Under the pieces are notes generated by a model. That model worked only from the letters and a program-made list of their open reading frames with translations. It searched no databases and was not told where the DNA came from. 64,000 nucleotides of DNA from an uncultured Gammaproteobacteria bacterium (GTDB taxonomy: Bacteria; Pseudomonadota; Gammaproteobacteria; Enterobacterales; Alteromonadaceae), in NCBI GenBank assembly GCA_942493115.1, contig OW818678.1, positions 3,033,214 to 3,097,213 on the forward strand. Direction: 5' to 3'. Both the position numbers and the translations under genes were made by a program. Shown here in pieces: positions 30,800-40,352 of the stretch. Position 1 is the first letter of the stretch; the number at the start of each line of letters is the position of its first letter.

Positions 30800-31105
30800 T
30801 TATAACGGCATTTTAGCGCAATATAAATTGTGCATTAAACCAATCACAGCTTCCGCTTCTTTACTATTCATACTGTAAAACACTGTTTGAGCTTCTTTGC
30901 GGGTTTTTACCAGCTTGTTACGACGTAACAGCGCCAAATGCTGTGACAATGCCGATTGGCTGAGACCAAGCTTGTCATTCATTTCACCAACAGATAACTC
31001 CCCTGCCAGCAAATGACACAGAATGAGCAGTCGACGTTCATTGGAAACAGCTTTCAGTAGCTTTACCGCTTTTGCTGAATTATTCAACATATCTTGTAAG
31101 TTCAT
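30800..31105 (-). CDS. hlyU: ArsR/SmtB family regulator, HlyU/BigR/YgaV type
   Basis: MNLQDM..NSAKAV.LLKA..NERRL.ILC, LSQSALSQHLA, TRKEAQTVFY, LYC closely follow Vibrio HlyU as I recall it. Same rpsT-murJ-ribF-ileS neighbourhood as in Vibrio. Confidence 0.8.
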   Translation of the reverse strand: MNLQDMLNNSAKAVKLLKAVSNERRLLILCHLLAGELSVGEMNDKLGLSQSALSQHLALLRRNKLVKTRKEAQTVFYSMNSKEAEAVIGLMHNLYCAKMPL

Positions 31106-31520
31106 TTCAGTTACACCGTGCATGTCTAGACGTCTCATTATCTACCAGTAGCAACAAAAAATACAATAGATTAACTAGAAACAAATATATTTTTAACAAA
31201 AAAGATAAAGAAGCTTGAACTAATATTTTATTTTCATAAAAAGAACTGCTTCTCCGTGGCCTTCCATAGCCGTCAGCCTGAATGTTCAGGCTTGCTGACC
31301 GAAGAGTTGCTTATTATAACCCGCTAATACAGCAAAAACACACCTACGTTTTGTTAACTTTTGTTTCTATTCTTCTGCAACAACCCAAACATGACAAACA
31401 GCAACACGCAGAAATGAGTTAAAAACCACAAATACACCGATATGTTTGCTGTTAGCCCATCTGAGTCGCGTGTTAGAGTCAGTCACTCTTCTTAGATATA
31501 AATCCACACGAGCGCTCATC

Positions 31521-32852
31521 ATGTACCATCAAAAACTATTACTGACCGCGGCAGCTGTCTGGCTGGCGACATCGCCTCAAGCTGCAGTTGCCAATAATCA
31601 GCTGGCCTATCAACTGGTAGAAGAACTCACTGTTGAAATCGGCCCCCGCCTTGCAGGCAGTCCGGAAGATGCCAAAGCGGTAGCCTGGGCCACCAATAAG
31701 TTTAAATTGCTTGGTTACGACAAAGTCTGGACTGAGGAGTTCAAAACCCCGTTCTGGCAGCGTGGTCAGGCACGGCTACAGATCACCTCGCCTTTTCCAC
31801 AATCGCTGGTCCTGACAGCACTTGGTGGTTCAGTGGGAACAGATGCCGGGGGTATTGAAGGCAGCGTGGTGATGTTTAACAGCCTTGACGAACTGATGTT
31901 GGCAAAACCTGAACAAGTACAAGGAAAAATTGTATTTATAAACAAGGCGATGCAAAAAGACAAAATGGGCTCACAATACGGCTCTGTTGTTGGCGCGCGC
32001 TCCAAAGGTGCCGTTGAAGCTGCCCGGCTTGGCGCTAAAGCACTGCTGATTCGCTCTGTGGGTACCAGCAGCAACAGATTTGCTCACACAGGCAAAATGA
32101 GTTACGAAGAAGGCGTGGCAAAAATCCCGGCTGCGGCCATATCAGTGCCGGATGCAATTCAGCTCAGTAAAATTTTAAACCGTGCGCCTGAAGCAAAAAT
32201 CAATTTAACAATGCAGACACAAACGGAAGATGCAGTCAGCCACAACGTTATTGCCGAAATTACCGGTTCAGAGCGTCCCGATGAAATTGTATTAATCAGT
32301 GCACACCTCGACTCATGGGATCAGGGGACTGGTGCACTGGACGATGGTGCTGGTGTGGGGGTGGTGATGGCTACAGGAGCTTTATTAAAAAAGGCAGGCC
32401 AACCCAAACGCACAGTCAGAGTTGTACTTTATGGTAATGAAGAAGGTGGTCTGGTTGGTGCCAGAGCTTATGCGGCTAAACACGCATCAGAACTGAACAA
32501 ACACATACTGGCGTCAGAATCTGATTTTGGTGCTGGAAAAATCTGGCAGTTTGAAACAAAATTTGGTCCGGAGTCTTTAGCCAGCGCTGCACAAATCCAA
32601 CAACAACTTGCACCTTTAGGGATCAAGCTAGGGGGGAACAAAGCTTATGGTGGTCCTGATGTTTCGGTGCTGGCCGCTTTAGGTGTGCCTGTTGTTTCTC
32701 TTGAACAGGATGGTACTGATTATTTTGATTACCACCACACACCAAACGATACGCTGGACAAAATTAATCCAGCTGATTTAGAACAAAATTTAAAAGCATG
32801 GTTGCTGATGACCAGAGCTGTGGCAGATTCTTCCACCGATTTTCGAAAATAA
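31521..32852 (+). CDS. Secreted M28 family metallopeptidase with PA domain (carboxypeptidase Q-like)
   Basis: Signal peptide, GPRLAGS, SAHLDSWDQGTGALDDGAG, NEEGGL, ESDFG, YHHTPNDTLDK. Confidence 0.9.
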   Translation: MYHQKLLLTAAAVWLATSPQAAVANNQLAYQLVEELTVEIGPRLAGSPEDAKAVAWATNKFKLLGYDKVWTEEFKTPFWQRGQARLQITSPFPQSLVLTALGGSVGTDAGGIEGSVVMFNSLDELMLAKPEQVQGKIVFINKAMQKDKMGSQYGSVVGARSKGAVEAARLGAKALLIRSVGTSSNRFAHTGKMSYEEGVAKIPAAAISVPDAIQLSKILNRAPEAKINLTMQTQTEDAVSHNVIAEITGSERPDEIVLISAHLDSWDQGTGALDDGAGVGVVMATGALLKKAGQPKRTVRVVLYGNEEGGLVGARAYAAKHASELNKHILASESDFGAGKIWQFETKFGPESLASAAQIQQQLAPLGIKLGGNKAYGGPDVSVLAALGVPVVSLEQDGTDYFDYHHTPNDTLDKINPADLEQNLKAWLLMTRAVADSSTDFRK

Positions 32853-32865
32853 AAAGCCAGCCAAT

Positions 32866-32896
32866 AAAAAGGCCTGAACAACATCAGGCCTTTTTT
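32866..32896. terminator. Bidirectional intrinsic terminator
   Basis: AAAAAGGCCTGA...TCAGGCCTTTTTT between convergent genes. Confidence 0.8.
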
Positions 32897-32916
32897 AAGT
32901 TTTGCTAAAACAACAA

Positions 32917-33306
32917 TTACAGGTGTGACATACGTTGTGCCTGTGGCACCTGATGTTTACGCTGACTGGAGCGCATAAAGAAAATCTGGGCTCCAACAAC
33001 GATAAAAATCAGAGCAAAAGGATAAACAAACTGGTTTTGCGTTAACTGCCAGCACAATAAACCGGCAATAACATAAGCAAAAGGTTGCATCTCGTAAAGC
33101 CAGAATGGTAACCCTCCTGCTTTGAGATAAAATTTTTGCCGATCACCACGACGATGATCAGAACGCAGGATCCATACCAGAGCACCAGCCAGAATTAATA
33201 TAGCGCCAGACAAGGCCGCGACATAACCTGGTGTAAATACAACAGCGGCAGCGCCTGCTGTCATATAGCCATAAGGCAGGGTTTCATACAGATAGCTTGG
33301 TAACAT
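32917..33306 (-). CDS. Small membrane protein of unknown function with an internal tandem duplication
   Basis: SD AGGAG before ATG 33306. Two similar halves, LPSYLYETLPYGY...WILRSDHRR and LPFWLYEMQPFAY...FFMRSSQRK. Confidence 0.7.
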   Translation of the reverse strand: MLPSYLYETLPYGYMTAGAAAVVFTPGYVAALSGAILILAGALVWILRSDHRRGDRQKFYLKAGGLPFWLYEMQPFAYVIAGLLCWQLTQNQFVYPFALIFIVVGAQIFFMRSSQRKHQVPQAQRMSHL

Positions 33307-33488
33307 CGGAAACTCCTGAATCAGCGGTAGTACAAATCTCAGTGTAGAGCAAAAAATAACCAGCGCCAATGCAAAATTTATTTAAGCTGATCCAGGCTGG
33401 TGGCTTGATGGTAAAACCACAGACTAACTTTGTTTGTCGATCGGCTGCCGGTATAATCCGGTAAAAGTAAAAACTGGGATAAATAAGC

Positions 33489-34067
33489 ATGGCCAATGAT
33501 GATCTTGAGCTGTTTTTACAGGAAATGGCCGACGTAAAACCTCTCAAAGCCGATGTACTCACTGACGTGAATGGCGAACATGCCCCAACTTTGGCGCAAC
33601 TTGCCAGACGCAAAGCGGCGGAATTAGAACCGGAATATGACGCCAACTATCTGAGTATGGAATATGTCGATTTGGTGGCGCCGGATGAAGTATTGGCCTA
33701 CAAAAAAGACGGTGTGCAGGAAGGGGTTTATAAAAACCTGCGGCTTGGCAAATATCAGGTGGATGCAACCCTGATGCTACTTGGCAAAAACCTGACTGAA
33801 GCCCGCCGTGCCTTGTTTGAGTTTGTCGCTGATTGCCACTTGCGAGGCATCCGCACTTTGCTGCTGCATCATGGTATGGGACGCGATAGTAAACCCCATC
33901 CAGCCATTTTAAAAAGTTATTGTTTTAAGTGGTTACAGCAAATTCCGGAAGTACTGGCTTGTCATAGCGCACAAAAAATTCATGGCAGTTCAGCCGCCAC
34001 TTATGTGTTGTTACAAAAGAACTCCGAACAAAAAAGGGAAAACCGAGAAAGGCATCAAAAACGCTGA
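33489..34067 (+). CDS. smrA: Smr-domain endonuclease SmrA
   Basis: LFLQEMADVKPL, DGVQEGVYKNLRLGKY, HHGMG, WLQQIPEVLACHSAQKIHGSSAATYVLL. Confidence 0.85.
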   Translation: MANDDLELFLQEMADVKPLKADVLTDVNGEHAPTLAQLARRKAAELEPEYDANYLSMEYVDLVAPDEVLAYKKDGVQEGVYKNLRLGKYQVDATLMLLGKNLTEARRALFEFVADCHLRGIRTLLLHHGMGRDSKPHPAILKSYCFKWLQQIPEVLACHSAQKIHGSSAATYVLLQKNSEQKRENRERHQKR

Positions 34068-34133
34068 TTAAGTTCTTCAGAATAGCATTAGTGGTTTTTG
34101 CTGTAGCGTCGCAGTAACTTATATACCGGATAT

Positions 34134-34161
34134 AAAAACACCCTCAGCTGAGGGTGTTTTT
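34134..34161. terminator. Perfect 28-bp palindrome, probable bidirectional terminator
   Basis: AAAAACACCCTCAG|CTGAGGGTGTTTTT between smrA and a convergent small ORF. Confidence 0.78.
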
Positions 34162-34187
34162 TTACCAAGACAAATCAAACATCTGCC

Positions 34188-34298
34188 TTAAAACAGGTTG
34201 CAAGCCTCGGCTGTGGTCAATACTGCCGATAACGCCATCAAAATCACCAGGATAGCGATTGCGGTAAAGCCAAAACCACGACTGGACGCTTTACTCAT
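34188..34298 (-). CDS. Putative 36-aa hydrophobic small protein (not in the ORF track)
   Basis: MSKASSRGFGFTAIAILVILMALSAVLTTAEACNLF*. SD AGAGG 6 nt upstream, terminator palindrome 26 nt downstream. Confidence 0.5.
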   Translation of the reverse strand: MSKASSRGFGFTAIAILVILMALSAVLTTAEACNLF

Positions 34299-34452
34299 AA
34301 AAAACCTCTGCATTTTTATTTTTTTTATCACTCTTTTGGCCGCCTGTTAAACCAAGTCGACCTTAACGTCAAGCAGTGTAGACAGTTTTTTCGTTGGATA
34401 CAACTGAGAAACACGGCTAAGTGCTTCATCTCCTGAGTTTTTTCGATTGCAG

Positions 34453-35028
34453 TTATTTTGTATGAAAATAATTCAGCCTGGACCATACATAAGGACTGGC
34501 CAAAGCAGCTTCGGGATAATCATCCGGCATTTTTTCTTCATGCTCTTTCTTGCTGACAATACTAAAACCGGCTTGTTGATAGGTTTTAAGTGCAGATGGA
34601 TGATCTTCGCTGCAAGTATGCAGCCAAACCCGGCTTGTCTGCCATTGTTGCGCCAGTGCTATGGCAGCTTGAGCCAGCATTTTGCCAAGACCTTTGCCAA
34701 TAAAAGCAGGCAATAAACCAAAAAACTTCAGCTCCACACTTAAATCATCATGCCGGCGCAGTTCCACAAAACCAGCCGGTGTGCCTTGTTGATACAACAC
34801 AAAGGTGCGCACTTGCGCTGAGCTGACATAATCCAGCCACTGCTGATAATCCCAGCTCAGGCGGCTAAACCAGCGCCAATGATGACCAACAGCACAAAAC
34901 AAAAACTGACTGAACTCCGGACTTGGCAACTCTGCTTCTGTTAAAACAACATCTTGTGGCCACTGAGGTAATTGCAGCTGCGGCCCCTGATAATCCAGAT
35001 ACCAGGTAGTAATTTTTATCAACGACAT
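34453..35028 (-). CDS. GNAT family N-acetyltransferase
   Basis: GTPAGFVEL, FFGLLPAFIGKGLG (acetyl-CoA loop), RVWLHTCSEDHPSALKTYQQAGF. Confidence 0.88.
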   Translation of the reverse strand: MSLIKITTWYLDYQGPQLQLPQWPQDVVLTEAELPSPEFSQFLFCAVGHHWRWFSRLSWDYQQWLDYVSSAQVRTFVLYQQGTPAGFVELRRHDDLSVELKFFGLLPAFIGKGLGKMLAQAAIALAQQWQTSRVWLHTCSEDHPSALKTYQQAGFSIVSKKEHEEKMPDDYPEAALASPYVWSRLNYFHTK

Positions 35029-35034
35029 AAAACT

Positions 35035-35799
35035 TCAAATTTTCCTTTTGATTTTATCGATAAGGGCAGCAATATGCTGCTGCGCTTCAGGCTGTTGTAA
35101 ACTATGGAATTGTTGACGGAACTCAAAGGCAACAGCGTCATCCTGTCTGGTGCAATGACGCATCGCCAACATGGTATTTTTGGTTTGCCGTACCAGTTCT
35201 GTTGGCAAAGATTTTAAGCCGGCTGTCAGTTGTTTGGCCCGGGTAAGTAGTTGTTCTTCCGGCCATAACTCTTTGATAAAACCAGCATCCAGCGCCTGTT
35301 GCGCCGATAATCTTTCACCACAAAAAATCATTGCTGCCGCCTGTTGCCAGCCAACCAGTTGTGGCAATAACCAGGTGTGGCCGCCACCCGGATGAATAGC
35401 CAGCTGGAAAAAGCGGCTTTCAAACCAGGCCTGTTCACTGGCAAGGCGAATATCACAAGCCATCGCCAGATTCATACCAGCGCCTAAAGCCGGGCCATTT
35501 AACAAGGCGATAGTGAACAAAGGGCTATGTGCCACTGAGGTAAAAGCGGCATAAATTTGCTGCAGTTCTTCACCATCTCCCAGCGACGCATGTTGTAGAG
35601 CGGCTAAATCTGCACCTGAGCAAAATGAATCATCACGGCCTGTCACAGCCAAAGCTTTGATATTCGGGTCCTTTGGTAAAGCGCTGACTGCTTCAGCAAT
35701 GGCCAAAGCACTTTGTGGTGTCAACAGATTGCGTTTTTCCGCACTGTTGAGTGTAAGAACCGCCAGGTGATCGTATTTTTCCAGTTGAAACGCAGCCAT
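35035..35799 (-). CDS. Enoyl-CoA hydratase/isomerase family protein
   Basis: FCSGADL, NGPALGAGMNLAMACDIRLAS, PGGG. Confidence 0.9.
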   Translation of the reverse strand: MAAFQLEKYDHLAVLTLNSAEKRNLLTPQSALAIAEAVSALPKDPNIKALAVTGRDDSFCSGADLAALQHASLGDGEELQQIYAAFTSVAHSPLFTIALLNGPALGAGMNLAMACDIRLASEQAWFESRFFQLAIHPGGGHTWLLPQLVGWQQAAAMIFCGERLSAQQALDAGFIKELWPEEQLLTRAKQLTAGLKSLPTELVRQTKNTMLAMRHCTRQDDAVAFEFRQQFHSLQQPEAQQHIAALIDKIKRKI

Positions 35800-36719
35800 T
35801 AATAACCTCGTTGTTTGTCGACCAGATTGAGCATGGGTAAACCAGCCTGCACCCTTTGATAATTTTCAGCAATTTGCAAAACCGCAGTGTCGGCGTTGGT
35901 CACAGCAGAAATATGGGGGGTCAGCTTTATCGCTTTATGTTGCCAGAACGGGTGTTCTGCCGGCAAAGGTTCGGTGCGAAACACATCCAGACAAGCAGCA
36001 CTAAGCTGGCCATTGTCAAGATACTGCAATAATGCCAGGTCATCTACTATAGCGCCTCTGGCTACATTCACCAGAATAGCGCCTGGCTTAAACTGCGATA
36101 ACCTTTGATCATTCAGCAGATTTTCGGTTTGGGCTGTCAGAGGCAATAAACAAATCACTAAATCAGCCTCAGCCACAGCCTGTGCAAATTCAGCTTCGCC
36201 TGCATAACAATGTACACCGGCAATTTGTTTGGCTGTGGCAGACCAGCCACTCAGCTGATAACCAAGCTGCTGAAAATACAACACCGCAGCTTTACCCAGT
36301 TCACCCAAACCCAAGACACAAAGCTGCTGAATTTTCCGCGGGCTGCGGGCTTTCCATTGTTGTGTTTGTTGCTGAAGCTCAAATTGGTCAAAACGCAGCT
36401 GATAATGCAGCAGCACGCCATGCAGATAATTCAGCATAGATTTGGTTAAATCCGGGTCGACAATACGCGCCAGCGGCACATCCGGCAGGCTGCTATCACA
36501 CAGAATACTGTCCACTCCGGCGCCAAAAGACTGCAGCGCTTTTAAATTGCTAAAAGTAGCCAGGCTCTGTGCAGGCTGGCGCCAGACTACAGCAAAATCA
36601 ACAGCTTCAGGCTGATGAATATCAGGCCAGATTTGAATATCAACACCGGGCAGTTGCTGTTGCAGTTTTTGTTGTAATTGTTCAAGTTTACGGTCCGGGA
36701 TCACCAGGGCAATAGACAT
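35799..36719 (-). CDS. ghrA: Glyoxylate/hydroxypyruvate reductase A (D-2-hydroxyacid dehydrogenase)
   Basis: GAGVD, LGLGELG, NVARGAIV, LDVFRTEPLPAEHPFW, TPHISA. TAATG overlap with the next gene. Confidence 0.85.
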   Translation of the reverse strand: MSIALVIPDRKLEQLQQKLQQQLPGVDIQIWPDIHQPEAVDFAVVWRQPAQSLATFSNLKALQSFGAGVDSILCDSSLPDVPLARIVDPDLTKSMLNYLHGVLLHYQLRFDQFELQQQTQQWKARSPRKIQQLCVLGLGELGKAAVLYFQQLGYQLSGWSATAKQIAGVHCYAGEAEFAQAVAEADLVICLLPLTAQTENLLNDQRLSQFKPGAILVNVARGAIVDDLALLQYLDNGQLSAACLDVFRTEPLPAEHPFWQHKAIKLTPHISAVTNADTAVLQIAENYQRVQAGLPMLNLVDKQRGY

Positions 36720-36931
36720 ACATACTCCTTCGGCCAATACCGCATTCTAACAAAGCAGCTCTGTGCGTCCAGCCTGTTATCGGCCGCGGCGCTCTAACCC
36801 ACGTTCAGTTGCATCGCAGCTCTGCCCAACACGGTTCTGCAAAATGTTCAGCAAACTGCCATAAATTTGTGACCTTTATGTCATACAGCCCGCTTAGCCT
36901 GACACCAGTTACCGGCAAAGTGGAGTGGGCA

Positions 36932-38662
36932 ATGATTAACGTTGATCAGGTAGTGGCACAACATCTGCCACAGTTACAGCAAAAACCCTGGCTGGAAAAA
37001 CCAGTCAAAGGGGCGTTAAAACATCTGTTACATGAGCAGGAATTTACTGCCTTTTCAGAGCGTTACCCACATTTACAAGGCATTGAATTTATTGAGCAGG
37101 TGCTGCAATATTTTCACTTTAGTTATGCAGTGCGCGACAACGAACTGGAACGTCTTCCCACTCAGGGCCGGCTGGTGATTATTGCCAACCACCCTATTGG
37201 TTCACTCGATGGGTTGGCACTGGTGAAGTTGGTGCACGAAGTAAGGCCGGACGTCAAAGTGGTGGCCAATCAGCTGCTAAGCGCTGTGACACCACTGCAC
37301 CAGCTGTTGTTGCCGGTGAATAATATGCAAGGCGGCACTGAAAGGCGTTGTCTGGACCGTATCAGCCAACATCTGGCCGCTGAAGGCGCTGTGATTGTAT
37401 TTCCGGCCGGTGAAGTGTCCCGCCTGAAACCTAACGGTATTCGTGATGGGAAATGGCATGCCGGTTTTTTACGTTTTGCCAAAACCGCCAAAGCGCCGGT
37501 GCTGCCGGTGTATATCGACGCCCGCAACTCGGCGCTGTTTTATGGCGCTTCAATGCTCTACAAACCTTTAGCCACTATGTTGCTGGTGCAGGAAATGTTT
37601 AAACAAAAACATAAAAGCATTGGCATTCGTATTGGTGAACTGATCCCTTATGACAGCTTTGCCCAGCTGCCGCTGGAAACTCAGGCTTGTGTAAAGCTGT
37701 TTAAAAAACATCTGTACCGGCTTGGTAAAGACAAAAGTCCGCTGTTTAAAACCCAAACTGCTATTGCCCACCCGGAAGACCGGCTGGAGCTGAAAAAAGC
37801 TATTCAAAACTGCCCCTTGCTCGGTGAAACCAGTGATGGCAAACAAATTTATCTGTATCAGTCGGCGTTAAGCTCGCCCATTTTGCGGGAAATTGGCCGG
37901 CTGCGTGAAATATCCTTCCGTGCTGTTGGTGAAGGCAGTGGCCTGCGCCGCGACATCGACCGGTTTGACAGTTATTACGAGCAGCTCATTTTATGGGACA
38001 AAGACGAGCTGGAAATTGTAGGTGCCTATCGTTTTGCCAATACAGCCCATGTTTTAGCAGAGCATGGCATCGAAGGTTTATACACTGCGTCCTTGTTTCG
38101 TTTTAGCGATGAAATGACGCCTTATCTGGCGCAGGGACTGGAGCTTGGCCGCAGTTTTGTGCAACCCAAATACTGGGGCAAACGTAGCCTCGACTATTTG
38201 TGGTATGGCATTGGCGCTTATTTAAAACGCCAGCCACAAATACGTTATTTATTTGGTGGTGTCAGTTTATCCAATGCTTACCCCAAGGCTGCCCGCGATT
38301 TGCTGGTATATTTTTACACTTTGTATTTTTGTGAAGAAAACGACAGTGCAGTGCCTAATCTGCCTTATCAGCTGCCTTTTGAAACTTTAGAGCAGCTACA
38401 ACAACACTTTAGCGGCAATAACTATCAGGCCGATTTTACCCAGCTGAAACATTTGCTGGCGCATATGGGGTTAAACGTACCCACCCTTTATAAACAGTAC
38501 AGCGAAATTGCCGAACCCGGTGGTGTGCAGTTTTTAGCTTTTGGGGTGGATCCGGATTTTGCCGATTGTGTCGATGGCCTGGTGCTGGTGGATTTAACTA
38601 TGCTTAAACACAGCAAAAAACAACGTTATCTTGGTGAAACAGAGCCGGAGCCGGCAACCTGA
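36932..38662 (+). CDS. Bifunctional PlsC-type acyltransferase plus GNAT/OlsB-type N-acyltransferase (OlsF-like)
   Basis: N-terminal ANHPIGSLDG (NHx4D) and FPAGEVS. C-terminal EIGRLREISFR, D-RFD, VGAYR, LELGRSFV..Y, LYKQY, FGVDPDF. SD GGAG before ATG 36932. Confidence 0.8.
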   Translation: MINVDQVVAQHLPQLQQKPWLEKPVKGALKHLLHEQEFTAFSERYPHLQGIEFIEQVLQYFHFSYAVRDNELERLPTQGRLVIIANHPIGSLDGLALVKLVHEVRPDVKVVANQLLSAVTPLHQLLLPVNNMQGGTERRCLDRISQHLAAEGAVIVFPAGEVSRLKPNGIRDGKWHAGFLRFAKTAKAPVLPVYIDARNSALFYGASMLYKPLATMLLVQEMFKQKHKSIGIRIGELIPYDSFAQLPLETQACVKLFKKHLYRLGKDKSPLFKTQTAIAHPEDRLELKKAIQNCPLLGETSDGKQIYLYQSALSSPILREIGRLREISFRAVGEGSGLRRDIDRFDSYYEQLILWDKDELEIVGAYRFANTAHVLAEHGIEGLYTASLFRFSDEMTPYLAQGLELGRSFVQPKYWGKRSLDYLWYGIGAYLKRQPQIRYLFGGVSLSNAYPKAARDLLVYFYTLYFCEENDSAVPNLPYQLPFETLEQLQQHFSGNNYQADFTQLKHLLAHMGLNVPTLYKQYSEIAEPGGVQFLAFGVDPDFADCVDGLVLVDLTMLKHSKKQRYLGETEPEPAT

Positions 38663-38691
38663 AACTGAGTGACAGCATCACAACAGCCAAT

Positions 38692-38717
38692 AAAAAACCG
38701 CCGGATGGCGGTTTTTT
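38692..38717. terminator. Bidirectional intrinsic terminator
   Basis: AAAAAACCGCC-GGAT-GGCGGTTTTTT. Confidence 0.85.
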
Positions 38718-38747
38718 ATTGGTTTATGTTTTAGCTATAAATGCTGC

Positions 38748-40007
38748 TTAGTTTTTAGGGACTGAACCTTTTAAACCATAAAAGCAGATATAAGCATAAC
38801 AAAACACCGGCAAAATAAAGGACAGCTGCAAACCAATGGTATCAGCCAGCACACCTTGCAGCAGCGGCACTATAGCGCCACCCACTATCGCCAGACACAA
38901 AACACCACTGCCCTGACTGGTGTATTTACCAAGGCCGGTCACAGCCAGACTAAAAATGGTCGGGAACATAATAGAGTTAAATAAACCTACCGCCAGAATG
39001 GCCCACATCGCCAGAGCTCCAGAGCTGCTCATCGCCAGCAGCACTAAAACCGCAGCTGCAATAGCATTAAAGGCCAGCACTTTTCCTGCCGCAATTTTTT
39101 GCATCACTAAAGCGCCAATCACCCGGCCAACCAAAGCACCACCCCAATAATAACTAATGTATTTGGCAGCATCGGCTTCAGCTAAACCGGCAATGTCCGG
39201 CTCACCAAGGAAATTTACCAAAAAGCTGCCGATGGCCACTTCACCACCGACATAGACAAAAATACCCAATGCGCCCAACATTAAATGGCTGTATTGCCAG
39301 GCTGAACCCGGGTTGGCATCTGCTACTTCTGTTTGATGATGTTCTGTTACTTTTGGCAGTTTTAAAATCGCAAAAATAACCGCCAGCACTAATAACGCAG
39401 TCGCCAGCATCAGGTAAGGCACCTGCACAGCCGCAGCTTCCTGGGCTTTAAATTCGGCTGTGCCAACTTCGGCAGTAGCAGCAGCCAGAATAAGTAAACC
39501 ACCAAACCAGGGGGCAATAGTGGTGCCAAAAGAGTTAAAAGCCTGGGTCATGGTTAACCGGCTGGACGCGGTTTCTGCTTTGCCAAGGGCTGTGACATAA
39601 GGGTTGGCCGCTACCTGCAAAATAGTAATACCGGATGCCAACACAAAAAGTGCACCCAGAAACAACGGGTAAAGCTGCGCTGAAGCTGCCGGATAAAACA
39701 ATAAACAACCGATAGCCGCAATAATAAGGCCTATAACAATGCCTCTTTGGTAACCGGCTTTTTTCACCAATATACCTGCCGGTATCGAAACCAGAAAATA
39801 AGCACCAAAAAAACAGAACTGGATCAACATGGCCTGGGTGTAGTTCAGGTCAAAGACGTTTTTCAGATGCGGAATTAAAATATCGTTTAAACAGGTAATA
39901 AAACCCCAGATAAAAAACAAAAAAGTCAGGCTGGTCAGAGCAAAATGATAATTTTGTCCGGCTTCGCCCTGCGCTGCGCTTGCGCTGGTCGGTGTGGTTA
40001 CTGACAT
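38748..40007 (-). CDS. MFS sugar transporter, FucP/GluP (glucose/galactose) family
   Basis: [56 protein letters not shown]. Confidence 0.9.
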   Translation of the reverse strand: MSVTTPTSASAAQGEAGQNYHFALTSLTFLFFIWGFITCLNDILIPHLKNVFDLNYTQAMLIQFCFFGAYFLVSIPAGILVKKAGYQRGIVIGLIIAAIGCLLFYPAASAQLYPLFLGALFVLASGITILQVAANPYVTALGKAETASSRLTMTQAFNSFGTTIAPWFGGLLILAAATAEVGTAEFKAQEAAAVQVPYLMLATALLVLAVIFAILKLPKVTEHHQTEVADANPGSAWQYSHLMLGALGIFVYVGGEVAIGSFLVNFLGEPDIAGLAEADAAKYISYYWGGALVGRVIGALVMQKIAAGKVLAFNAIAAAVLVLLAMSSSGALAMWAILAVGLFNSIMFPTIFSLAVTGLGKYTSQGSGVLCLAIVGGAIVPLLQGVLADTIGLQLSFILPVFCYAYICFYGLKGSVPKN

Positions 40008-40218
40008 ACAATTTCTCTTGTTATGGTGTGTCTATCCTGTGATGTACCCAGGGTGCGCTTTTGCAGTTCTCTCCCCTGCCAAGCTTGATTGCCAAGGCCT
40101 GCACGCACATTGAGCTGTTTGTACTATACGCGCAGGCAACAGGAATGCAAAGCACCGCTCCTTGCATACGTATGTAATTTTTCAACAAAGTGCGGCAAGT
40201 GCAACACATCACTAAACT

Positions 40219-40310
40219 TTGTTTTACATCAAATTCTGCCCGGAAAATGAGGAATACCTCCATTGTTCTTTGATCCAGCCCAAAGTTTTTTATCTGCCAC
40301 AGCGCACAAT
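40219..40310 (+). promoter_or_regulatory. Candidate FNR-dependent promoter of ompW (two FNR-like boxes and a -10)
   Basis: TTGTT-ttac-ATCAA (40219-40232, 9/10 to TTGAT-N4-ATCAA), TTGAT-ccag-CCCAA (40270-40283, 8/10), -10-like CACAAT at 40305-40310. Confidence 0.5.
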
Positions 40311-40352
40311 GCCCGCAGTTGCAAAGACGCACAAATCCCAAGGAAAACAAAG

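Noticed and set aside
31272-31299. Hairpin GTCAGCCTGAATGTTCAGGCTTGCTGAC and a minus-strand TATAAT (31313-31318) between hlyU and the M28 peptidase
   Set aside because: No U-tail, no good -35 and no recognisable RNA family. Too weak to call an sRNA or leader.
34328-34429. 33-aa minus-strand ORF MKHLAVFLSC... preceded by AGGAG
   Set aside because: The SD abuts the ATG with zero spacing and the sequence has no protein-like features.
40198-40213. CRP-like AGTGC-N6-TCACT between the sugar transporter and ompW
   Set aside because: Only 7/10 match. Plausible, but not distinguishable from chance without a PWM.
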